In this document: positions 56,230 through 64,000 of the stretch, piece after piece | Position numbering within the stretch: the stretch's first letter is position 1 | Layout of the letters: every line of letters starts with the position of its first letter | NCBI GenBank assembly: GCA_965199855.1 | Contig: OZ241326.1 | Span: forward strand, 2,400,001-2,464,000 | DNA from: a bacterium | GTDB taxonomy: Bacteria > UBA8248 | Direction of reading: 5' to 3' | Length of the DNA stretch: 64,000 nt | Made by a program: the position numbers and the translations under genes | Notes under the pieces: model-generated | What the model saw: only the letters and a program-made list of their open reading frames with translations | The model's database searches: none | What the model was told of the DNA's origin: nothing

Positions 56230-57507
56230 GTGCCGCCCAAAGCCAACGCTCCCCTTCGGGCGAACCGCGCCCGCATGAAGCGCGAGTTCGACGCCCAGGC
56301 GCAGATCGGAAAATACGGGCGAACGGGCCTCGACCGCGTGGCGTTCACGCCCGCCTACAATCGGGTTCGCGCCCTCGTCGAGGGCTGGATGCGGGAGGCG
56401 GGCCTCGCGACGCGCGTGGACGCCGTGGGGAATCTTTATGGGAGAAAGGAGGGCGCCCGGCGCGGGCTGCCCGCCGTGATGGCCGGCTCCCATCTCGATT
56501 CGCAAAGCCCGGGCGGGCGCTTCGACGGCCCGGCGGGCGTTCTCGCCGCGCTGGAGGCGGCGCGGCGCATCGGCGAGGCGGGACGCGCCCACGACCACCC
56601 CATCGAGGTGGCGGCCTTCGTGGGCGAGGAGTCCGCCTGCGGGATGACGGTGTTCGGCAGCAGCGCCGCGGCGGGCGCCCTGGGCGCGAAGGACCTGCGG
56701 GAGGCGATTCATCCGCCCAGCGGGAAATCCCTCTACGAGGCCGTCCGGGAAGCGGGGGGAGACCCCGCGCGCCTGCGCTCCTGCCGCGTCCGCAAGGGCG
56801 CGCTCAAGGCGTTCGTGGAGCTCCACATCGAGCAGGGCCCTGTTCTCGAGGCGAGCGGGACGCCCATCGGGATCGTGGACAGGGTGGTGGGCTACGCGAG
56901 GGGCGAGGTTCGCTTCTCGGGCGTCTCGGCGCACTCGGGCGGACAGCCCATGCCCTACCGCAGGGACGCCGGCATGGCGGCGGCGGACTTCATGGTGCGC
57001 ATGGAGGGCTTCGTCAAGCGCGCGCCGGCCTCTCGGCGCCTGACGATCACCTTCGGCGAAATGGCGGCGCGTCCCGGGTGGGTCTCCATCGTGCCGGGAG
57101 GGGCGAGCCTCTCCTTCGACCTGCGGAGCAGGAGCGAGGCGGCGATGGCGCGCGCCCTCGCGCGGATGCGGAAAACCCTCGCCGATATAGAAAAGGAGCG
57201 CGGGGTGCGCGGGAGGCTCCTGGGCGTGAAGAGGCTGGCCGTATGCCCCGCCTCCCCGAAAATTCAGAGGGCGCTCCGGCGCGCCTCCGCCGAGACGGGA
57301 CACCCCGCGCTCGCGCTTTCGAGCGGAGGCGTCCACGACGCCTGCCGCATGGCGGAGATATGCCCGATGGGCATGGTGTTCATCCCCTCGGTGAAGGGTC
57401 TCTCGCACACGCCGGAGGAATTCACGCGCTTCGGCGACGTGGTGAAGGGCGCGGAAATCCTCGCCTCGGCCATCCTGCGTCTGGCCGACGGCCGGGTGAA
57501 GGCTTGA
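56230..57507 (+). CDS. M20-family Zn amidohydrolase (allantoate amidohydrolase/N-carbamoyl-L-amino acid hydrolase-like)
   Basis: DAVGN, GSHLDS, GGRFDG, GEES, ELHIEQGPVLE, AHSG..PM..RRDA, SGGVHDA, GLSHTPEE. Confidence 0.93.
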   Translation: MPPKANAPLRANRARMKREFDAQAQIGKYGRTGLDRVAFTPAYNRVRALVEGWMREAGLATRVDAVGNLYGRKEGARRGLPAVMAGSHLDSQSPGGRFDGPAGVLAALEAARRIGEAGRAHDHPIEVAAFVGEESACGMTVFGSSAAAGALGAKDLREAIHPPSGKSLYEAVREAGGDPARLRSCRVRKGALKAFVELHIEQGPVLEASGTPIGIVDRVVGYARGEVRFSGVSAHSGGQPMPYRRDAGMAAADFMVRMEGFVKRAPASRRLTITFGEMAARPGWVSIVPGGASLSFDLRSRSEAAMARALARMRKTLADIEKERGVRGRLLGVKRLAVCPASPKIQRALRRASAETGHPALALSSGGVHDACRMAEICPMGMVFIPSVKGLSHTPEEFTRFGDVVKGAEILASAILRLADGRVKA

Positions 57508-57949
57508 CGCGAACGGGAAGCATTACGAACATCTCGACGCCGCCCAGCGCGTCAAGCGCGCCTTCGCCCCGAGAACGCAAGTCCAGCCGGGCGGCAAGTA
57601 TGCAGGCTTGAAGCCCGTCCTCCTCTACTACGTATAAATCCTGGCCCGACGGGGGGCGAATCGACGAAGCCATGAAGGCGCGGCGTCGGGACGAGGCTGC
57701 GGCCTTCGCCCGGGAGGTCATGGGCGACGAGGCGGAGTTCGTCTCCCGCGCCCGGCGCGCGCTGCCGGCGGACTGGCGAAAGAGCGGAAAGCCCTTCACC
57801 TCTTATTTTATGGTCCAACCGTTGCAGTCACGCTCTTCCTTTAACTCCGACCGAGATACTTGCAAATCAATCCGCAACCCTTGCTTCAACCCTGCTTCCC
57901 GCCCAAGAGCGGCATGTAATTTGTTGCGGGCATCGATCGGCTGAGCGGG

Positions 57950-57974
57950 CGCCCCCCGCGTTCAACGGGGGGCG
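57950..57974. terminator. GC-rich hairpin, possible terminator
   Basis: CGCCCCCCG-7 nt-CGGGGGGCG; no clear U-tract. Confidence 0.3.
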
Positions 57975-58179
57975 TCTATGCGCCCCGTTTTTCTCCTCGC
58001 GCCTTCCGCCGGGCCCCTCCCGTCCGCGTTTGTGGAGCGGGGCGTTTTGTGCTAGGTTTTTTCACCACAGGCGAAAACCAGGGCTGGAAGGGGCGCTTTT
58101 CGCCGCCGCGGGGGGACGCGGCGCAGCCTCTCGAAGCCGGAAACCTCACGGCAGGCTGAAATCTGAGAAGGAGGAGAAG

Positions 58180-59439
58180 ATGAAAAAGGCAATCAGAGGC
58201 GTCGTTCTCGGGTTCTCGCTGCTGCTGGCGGCGGGAGTTGTCCTCGCGCCCTCGGCGCAGGCGGCGAAGGAGGTCAAGATCGGCTTCAGCATGGCGCTCA
58301 CCGGGCCGCTCGGCCCGGCGGGCAAGGCCGCGCTGCTGGCGATGCAGATCTGGCGCGACGACGTGAACGCCAGGGGCGGGCTGCTCGGCCGCAAGGTGAA
58401 GCTGGTCTATTACGACGACCAGACCAAGCCCGCCAACGTCCCCGGCATCTACGCCAAGCTGCTCGACGTGGACAAGGTGGACTTCGTCGTATCGGGCTAC
58501 GGGACGAACCTCATCGTCCCCGCCCTGCCCATCGTCATGGAGCGGGGGATGGTGTTCATGGGGCTGTTCGGCCTCGACGCGAACGCCAAGTTCAAATACG
58601 ACAGATACTTCCAGATCATGCCGGCGGGCCCCGACCCGATAGTCGATTGGTCGGAGGGCTTCTTCGAGATCGCCGCGAAGCAGAAGCCCCGGCCCAAGAC
58701 GATCGCGCTGCTCTCGGCCGATTCGGAGTTCGCGCGCAACGCCGTCTCCGGCGCGCGCAGGAACGCCAAGAAATACGGCTTCAAGGTCGTCTATGACAAG
58801 CGCTATCCCTTCCCCGGCACGACCGACTTCACGCCGATTCTGCGCGCCGTCAAGGCCGCGAACCCCGACCTGTTCTACGTGGGCTCCTACCCGGGCGGCT
58901 CGGTGGGCATCGTGAAGGCGGCCCACGAAATCGGCCTGAAGCCCAAGCTCTTCGGGGGCGGCATGGTCGGCCTGCAGTACACCGCAATCCAGATGAACCT
59001 CGGCAAGCTGCTGAACGGCATCACGAACTACTGGTTCTGGGCGCCGGAGAAGACCCTGAGGTTCCCGGGCATCGAGGCGTTCCTGGCGAAATACCAGAAA
59101 GAGGCGCCCAAGCAGAAGCTCGACCCCCTGGGCTACTACCTGCCGCCGTTCGCCTACGCCTACGTGCAGGTGCTGGGGCAGGCCATCGAGGCCACCAAGA
59201 GCTTCGACCAGAAGAAGATCGGCGACTACATCCGCGGCAAGACCCACTCCACCGTGGTCGGCGACGTGAAGTTCGGCAAGAACGGCGAGTGGGCCACCTC
59301 GCGGACGTTCCAGGTGCAGCTCCAGAACATCCAGAGCAACAAGATGGAGGAGTTCACCAAGCCCGGCAAGATGGTGGTGCTGTATCCGGAGGCGTTCAAG
59401 TCCGGCAGCCTGATCTACCCCTACGAGAAAGCCAGGTAG
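58180..59439 (+). CDS. Liv-family ABC transporter substrate-binding protein
   Basis: Signal peptide; KIGFSMALTGP, VNARGGLLGRKVKLVYYDDQ; AAGGAGGAG SD before ATG 58180. Confidence 0.93.
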   Translation: MKKAIRGVVLGFSLLLAAGVVLAPSAQAAKEVKIGFSMALTGPLGPAGKAALLAMQIWRDDVNARGGLLGRKVKLVYYDDQTKPANVPGIYAKLLDVDKVDFVVSGYGTNLIVPALPIVMERGMVFMGLFGLDANAKFKYDRYFQIMPAGPDPIVDWSEGFFEIAAKQKPRPKTIALLSADSEFARNAVSGARRNAKKYGFKVVYDKRYPFPGTTDFTPILRAVKAANPDLFYVGSYPGGSVGIVKAAHEIGLKPKLFGGGMVGLQYTAIQMNLGKLLNGITNYWFWAPEKTLRFPGIEAFLAKYQKEAPKQKLDPLGYYLPPFAYAYVQVLGQAIEATKSFDQKKIGDYIRGKTHSTVVGDVKFGKNGEWATSRTFQVQLQNIQSNKMEEFTKPGKMVVLYPEAFKSGSLIYPYEKAR

Positions 59440-59456
59440 CGAACCGGCGGCGCAGC

Positions 59457-59483
59457 GGCCGGGGGGAGCCTCTCCCCCCGGCC
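59457..59483 (+). promoter_or_regulatory. Intercistronic stem-loop after the SBP gene (mRNA stabiliser/attenuator)
   Basis: Perfect 12-bp stem GGCCGGGGGGAG-CCT-CTCCCCCCGGCC. Confidence 0.55.
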
Positions 59484-59512
59484 CGCCTTCGGCGCCGGGG
59501 AGGAGAGCGGCC

Positions 59513-60385
59513 ATGCTCAGTTTCGAGTTCTTCGCCAACGCGCTCATCGCGGGCATCCTGCTGGGCGGCTTCTACGCCGCGATAAGCGCGGGGCTCTCCC
59601 TCTCCTTCGGCCTGCTGGACGTCGTGAACATCGCGCATCCGGCGTTCATCCTCTTCGGCTCCTACCTGACCTTCTACGTCAACCAGCACTTCGGAATCGA
59701 CCCGATTCTCGCCGGCGCCGCCTTCGCCGTTCCCTTCTACTTCGTGGGCGTCGCGGTCTATCGGATCTATTACAACAGCTTCGAGAAAACGGGAGCGGAA
59801 TCCCTGCGCGGGCTTGTCTTCTTCTTCGGCATCTTCTTTCTCATCGAGGTCGTCCTCATCATCGCCTTCGGGGTGGACTACCGCCTCGTGCAGGCGTTCT
59901 ACATCGGCAAGTCCACCTCGCTCGGCCCGGTGGGCATCGCCTACCGGCTGTTCGTTCCCTTCCTCGTCGGAGGAATCCTCGCCGTCTCCCTCTATCTGTT
60001 TCTCTCCAGGACGTTCTTCGGGCGCGCGATCATGGGCGTGGCGCAGGACAGCCTCGCCGTCCAGCTCATGGGGGTGGACCCCATCCGCATCAAGACGGTC
60101 GCCTTCGGCATCGGCATCGCCACCGCCGTCGTCGCCGGCTCCCTGCTCATCATCATCGGCCCGGTCGAGCCGACCATCGGGCGCGAATACATAGGCCGCG
60201 TGTTCGCGGTGACCGTCCTCGGCGGGCTGGGCAGCATGACCGGCACCCTCGTGGGCGCGCTCATCCTGGGCGTGGCGGAGAGCTTCACCTCCTCGTTCTT
60301 CGGCCCCTCCTGGGCGCTCGCCGTCTCGTTCGGCATCCTGCTCATCTGCCTGGCGGTGCGGCCGTCGGGCCTGTTCGGGAGGTAG
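59513..60385 (+). CDS. Liv-family ABC permease (LivH-like)
   Basis: GLSLSFGLLDVVNIAH, TFFGRAI, VLGGLGS, RPSGLFG. Confidence 0.93.
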   Translation: MLSFEFFANALIAGILLGGFYAAISAGLSLSFGLLDVVNIAHPAFILFGSYLTFYVNQHFGIDPILAGAAFAVPFYFVGVAVYRIYYNSFEKTGAESLRGLVFFFGIFFLIEVVLIIAFGVDYRLVQAFYIGKSTSLGPVGIAYRLFVPFLVGGILAVSLYLFLSRTFFGRAIMGVAQDSLAVQLMGVDPIRIKTVAFGIGIATAVVAGSLLIIIGPVEPTIGREYIGRVFAVTVLGGLGSMTGTLVGALILGVAESFTSSFFGPSWALAVSFGILLICLAVRPSGLFGR

Positions 60386-60389
60386 GCCC

Positions 60390-61352
60390 TTGAAGAGCGG
60401 AAAGGGCGCCTTCCTCCTCGTCGCGGCCGCGCTGATTCTGGGCGCCTTCCTCCTCACCATCCAGGTCGAGAACCGCTTCTACTACAAGGCGGCCTACGTC
60501 GTCCTGCAATACGTCGTCCTGGCGACCGCCTGGAACATCCTGGGCGGCTACACCGGCTACGTGAACTTCGGCACGGCCGGCTTCTTCGCCATGGGCGCCT
60601 ACGCCGCCGTCGCCCTCATCAAGGCCTGGAAGCCGCCCCTCTACGCGCTACTCGCCGCGGGCGGCCTCGTCTCGGGCCTGCTGGGCCTCGGCATCGGCTA
60701 CCTCACGCTCAGGCTCAAGGGCGTCTTCTTCTCCATCGCCACCCTCGCGCTGGCCGTCGTGCTCCAGATGATCGTCTCGAACTGGGACTACGTGGGCGGG
60801 GGCGCGGGCACGGCCGTCCTGAAGCCCAGGCGGGTGCCCCTGTTCTCGAACTACGACGAATTCCTGTTCTTCGTCATGGCGGCGCTGGCGGTGGTCTCCG
60901 TGTCGATCGCCTGGCTCATCGAGCACTCCTGGGTCGGGCGGGGCATGGCCGCCATCCGCGACAACGAGGAGGCGGCCGAGTGCATGGGGGTGCCCATCCT
61001 GAAGATCAAGCTGTTCGCCACCACGGTGAGCGGGGCGCTCATGGGCGTCGCCGGCGCGCCGTTCTCCTATTTCGTGGTCTATATCGAGCCGACCTCGGCC
61101 TTTCACCTCGACTACGCCGTGAACAGCCTCGCCATGCCCATGATCGGCGGCACCACCACCTGGGTCGGCCCGCTCGTCGGCGCGGCGCTCGTGGGCGCCG
61201 CCCAGCAGATCGCCACCGTCACCCTCTCCTCGGAGATGAACCTGCTCATCGTGGGCAGCCTGCTCGTGGGCTTCGTGGTGTTCGCCCCGGACGGCCTCGT
61301 GGGCCTGTTCGCCAGAATCCGCGCGCGCCTCGCCGGGAGGGCGGCGCCGTGA
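60390..61352 (+). CDS. Liv-family ABC permease (LivM-like)
   Basis: WNILGGYTGYVNFG, LRLKGVFFSIATLA, AIRDNEEAA..MGV, PDGLVG. Confidence 0.93.
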   Translation: MKSGKGAFLLVAAALILGAFLLTIQVENRFYYKAAYVVLQYVVLATAWNILGGYTGYVNFGTAGFFAMGAYAAVALIKAWKPPLYALLAAGGLVSGLLGLGIGYLTLRLKGVFFSIATLALAVVLQMIVSNWDYVGGGAGTAVLKPRRVPLFSNYDEFLFFVMAALAVVSVSIAWLIEHSWVGRGMAAIRDNEEAAECMGVPILKIKLFATTVSGALMGVAGAPFSYFVVYIEPTSAFHLDYAVNSLAMPMIGGTTTWVGPLVGAALVGAAQQIATVTLSSEMNLLIVGSLLVGFVVFAPDGLVGLFARIRARLAGRAAP

Positions 61353-62077
61353 CGGAGGAGAGGCTCCTCGACGTTCGCGGCGTGAGCAAGCGCTTCGGCG
61401 GGTTCAGCGCGCTCACGGGGGTGGACCTGCACGTGCGCGAGAACGAGCGCTTCGGCCTCATCGGCCCCAACGGCTCGGGCAAGACCACGCTCATCAACTG
61501 CATCTCGGGCGCGCTGGCGAACGACGAGGGCGTCATCTCGTTCGGCGGACGCGACATCACCAGGACGCCCGCCTACAAGCGCGCCCGCCTGGGCATCGCC
61601 CGCAGCTTCCAGATTCCCAAGCCGTTCACGAGCATGACGGTGCTCGAGAACCTCTGCATCCCGCTCGAATACGCCGCCCACCAGCGCTCGCGCGGGGCGG
61701 ACCTGGGCGGGGAGGCCATGGAGATACTCGAAGTCATGAGCCTGGCGGACAAGGCGGAGACGCGCACGGGCGGCCTCACCCAGATCGAGCTGCGCAAGCT
61801 CGAGCTCGCCCGCGCCATGGCGGCCAGACCCCGGCTCCTCATCTCGGACGAGGCGATGGCCGGTCTCTCGAACTCCGAGGTGGACGACATTCTCGAAATC
61901 CTCGTCCGCCTGAACGGGGAGGGCCTCACCGTCATCATGATCGAGCACATCATGCGGGCGGTCATGAGCTTCTCCGAGCGCATCGTCGTCCTCGACGCGG
62001 GCGAGAAGATCGCCGAAGGAGCGCCCGATGAGATCGTGAACGACAAGGGCGTGGAAAGGGCCTACCTTGGCGCATAG
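61349..62077 (+). CDS. ABC ATPase (LivG-like)
   Basis: GPNGSGKTT, GIARSFQ, LELARA, IEH, V..AYLG; GTG start overlaps the livM-like stop. Confidence 0.93.
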   Translation: MTEERLLDVRGVSKRFGGFSALTGVDLHVRENERFGLIGPNGSGKTTLINCISGALANDEGVISFGGRDITRTPAYKRARLGIARSFQIPKPFTSMTVLENLCIPLEYAAHQRSRGADLGGEAMEILEVMSLADKAETRTGGLTQIELRKLELARAMAARPRLLISDEAMAGLSNSEVDDILEILVRLNGEGLTVIMIEHIMRAVMSFSERIVVLDAGEKIAEGAPDEIVNDKGVERAYLGA

Positions 62078-62798
62078 GATCGTCGTGGAAAACGTCTCGG
62101 CCGGCTACGGCGCCGTCCGCGCGCTGCACGGGGTCTCCATCGAGGTGAACGACGGGGAGACCGTCGTGCTGCTCGGCACGAACGGCAACGGCAAGAGCAC
62201 CCTCATCAAGTGCATCATGGGCATGGTGCGGCCCGACGAGGGGGAGGTCTGGCTGGAGGCCGACGGCGAGCGCGTCAGCCTGACGGGCAGGCGCCCCGAG
62301 GAGATCGTGAACCTGGGCGTCGCGCTCGTGCCCGAGGGTCGGCGCCTCTTCCCGCGCCTCACGGTGGAGGAGAACCTCCTGCTCGGCGCCTACCGGGAGG
62401 AGGCCCGCCGCCTGATCGACCGCAACCTCGCCTTCGCCTTCGGGGCGTTCCCCGTGCTCGAGGAGCGCAGGCGCCAGCTCGCCGGCAGCATGAGCGGGGG
62501 CGAGCAGCAGATGCTGGCCGTGGCGCGCGCCCTCATGTCCTCCCCCCGGGTGCTGCTGGTGGACGAGCCCTCCGTCGGGCTCGCCCCCATCCTCGTGAGC
62601 CGGGTGATCGCCAAGATCCGCGAGCTCAAGGAGCTGTACCAGCTCACCGTCCTCATGGCCGAGCAGAACTTCAACCAGGCGGTCAAGATCGCCGACCGGG
62701 GCTACATCATCGTCCACGGCGAGATCGCCTTCGAGGGCGAGAACACCGAGGCCCTCGTCGGCCACGAACTCGTGAAGAAATACTATCTGGGAGCGTGA
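62067..62798 (+). CDS. ABC ATPase (LivF-like)
   Basis: GTNGNGKST, VPEGRRLF, MSGGEQQM, DEPSVGLAP, EQN, YLG. Confidence 0.94.
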   Translation: MAHRIVVENVSAGYGAVRALHGVSIEVNDGETVVLLGTNGNGKSTLIKCIMGMVRPDEGEVWLEADGERVSLTGRRPEEIVNLGVALVPEGRRLFPRLTVEENLLLGAYREEARRLIDRNLAFAFGAFPVLEERRRQLAGSMSGGEQQMLAVARALMSSPRVLLVDEPSVGLAPILVSRVIAKIRELKELYQLTVLMAEQNFNQAVKIADRGYIIVHGEIAFEGENTEALVGHELVKKYYLGA

Positions 62799-62810
62799 GG
62801 GAAACCGGTT

Positions 62811-63977
62811 TTGAGATATGTGCACCCTTTTCCTGCCAGAATGGCTCCCGAACTGGTGAGTGGCAAACTCGGTTCCCTGCCGCCCGGTTCAAAAGTTCTT
62901 GATCCGATGTGTGGATCGGGAACAACTTTGCGCTATGCCATTGATAATGATCATCTGGCGGTCGGTTGGGACATCGATCCTTTGTCCGTAAAAATGGCAC
63001 GGACATGGTGTAGACGGTTTAATACTCGCAGGTTGTCCGAACAGACTGCCAAGCTTGAGAATATACTTGATGCAGAAAGCGGAAACCGACCAAGTAGGTT
63101 TTCTGGTTGTCAAGAAACCCAAGATTTTGTCGATTTCTGGTTTGCTAAAAAACAACAAAATGATTTGAACAGTCTGTCCCTAGCTATTGAAGATGCGTTC
63201 CCGGCCAAAGGGAGGACGCGAGACTTTTTTCAAATCGCTATGAGTAAGCTCATCATAACAAAACTCAAAGGAGCCTCTTTGGCTTGGGATGTCTCTCATA
63301 GCCGTCCTCATAAAAAGAAACGAGCTAATGATTTTGAAACCATCCCTGAGTTTTTCAAATCGGTCGGACAGCTTACTCAAATGATGAAAAATAACCCGAG
63401 CAAACGCGATGCTCGGGTAGGGGTAAGAGATTGCAGAAAAATCACAACTCGCGAGAAATTTGATGCGATCATCACAAGCCCTCCTTACCTGAACGCCATA
63501 GACTACATGCGCGCCCACAAGTTCTCTCTTATATGGATGGGCTATACGATACCTCAACTAAGAAAAATCCGAAGTGGCTCGATTGGGAATGAACGCGGCC
63601 TCTCTGAGTTGTCGGGCAATGAAAATCATCTGGCTATCGCAAATAAGACATGCAAAGGCCGGGTTCTTGGTTCCAGGGTGAAAAGGTATTTGCTGAGATA
63701 CATTTCCGATTGCGAAAAGACAATAACCGCAATGCGTGAAGTGCTTAAACCCGAGGGCAAGCTTGTGATGGTTGTTGCAAATTCAAATCAACGGGGCACA
63801 AGGATTCTCAATAGCAAGATTATTTCCATGCTCGCCGGCCAAGCGGGTTTTCGACTTAACAATGAAGCCGAGCGCGCCATCTCCTCAAGGGCGCGATACT
63901 TGCCAATCAAGAATGCCGGAAATCAGATAGCGAACCGGATGAAAACCGAATCGGTGCTTCAGTTCGTTATCGCCTGA
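62811..63977 (+). CDS. Amino-DNA methyltransferase (N4-C-type SPPY motif)
   Basis: HPFPARM, SAM-binding VLDPMCGSGTT, catalytic ITSPPY, LKPEGK; abrupt drop in GC content. Confidence 0.88.
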   Translation: MRYVHPFPARMAPELVSGKLGSLPPGSKVLDPMCGSGTTLRYAIDNDHLAVGWDIDPLSVKMARTWCRRFNTRRLSEQTAKLENILDAESGNRPSRFSGCQETQDFVDFWFAKKQQNDLNSLSLAIEDAFPAKGRTRDFFQIAMSKLIITKLKGASLAWDVSHSRPHKKKRANDFETIPEFFKSVGQLTQMMKNNPSKRDARVGVRDCRKITTREKFDAIITSPPYLNAIDYMRAHKFSLIWMGYTIPQLRKIRSGSIGNERGLSELSGNENHLAIANKTCKGRVLGSRVKRYLLRYISDCEKTITAMREVLKPEGKLVMVVANSNQRGTRILNSKIISMLAGQAGFRLNNEAERAISSRARYLPIKNAGNQIANRMKTESVLQFVIA

Positions 63978-64000
63978 AGCATCTCCGCAGGGAAGCCTTG

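Noticed and set aside
57510-57944. Possible decayed HEPN-like/TA remnant (…AREVMGDEAEFVSRARRAL)
   Set aside because: The resemblance is limited to a short helix, the frames are broken and there is no RxxxxH/Y motif.
1-64000. tRNA, rRNA, integrase, transposase, reverse transcriptase or prophage genes
   Set aside because: None was recognisable by eye; tRNAscan-SE and Infernal would be needed to exclude small RNAs.

Overview
High-GC bacterial chromosomal window of mostly metabolic and transport genes: a complete group-1 mrpABCDEFG antiporter operon, pyruvate dehydrogenase aceE-aceF, a Liv-type ABC transporter, a cyclase/SucCD-like ligase/TPP-enzyme cluster and two tandem CocE/NonD hydrolases. 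Accessory genes include two ~1500-aa autotransporters, a divergent HicB-HicA-like pair, a lone PD-(D/E)XK-like nuclease and a low-GC DNA methyltransferase. Eight intergenic mosaics of GTAG- and CGTC-type REP palindromes punctuate the window. Four signals stand out. (1) A selenoprotein missed by the ORF track at 55429-56181: a glutaredoxin domain with an in-frame TGA in a U-x-x-C motif and a SECIS-like hairpin, fused to a DinB-like domain. (2) A perfect (GTCGGTGA)36 tract inside an SD-preceded leader ORF, whose repeat number would decide whether it couples to, stops before, or fuses with the downstream autotransporter. (3) A ~565-bp element present twice in inverted orientation, with an IHF-like site and 21-bp repeats, each copy at the head of a REP array. 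(4) ~400-bp near-identical inverted repeats around the CocE pair. All calls come from reading the sequence and from motif knowledge; no database searches were run, and several start codons were re-assigned by eye.
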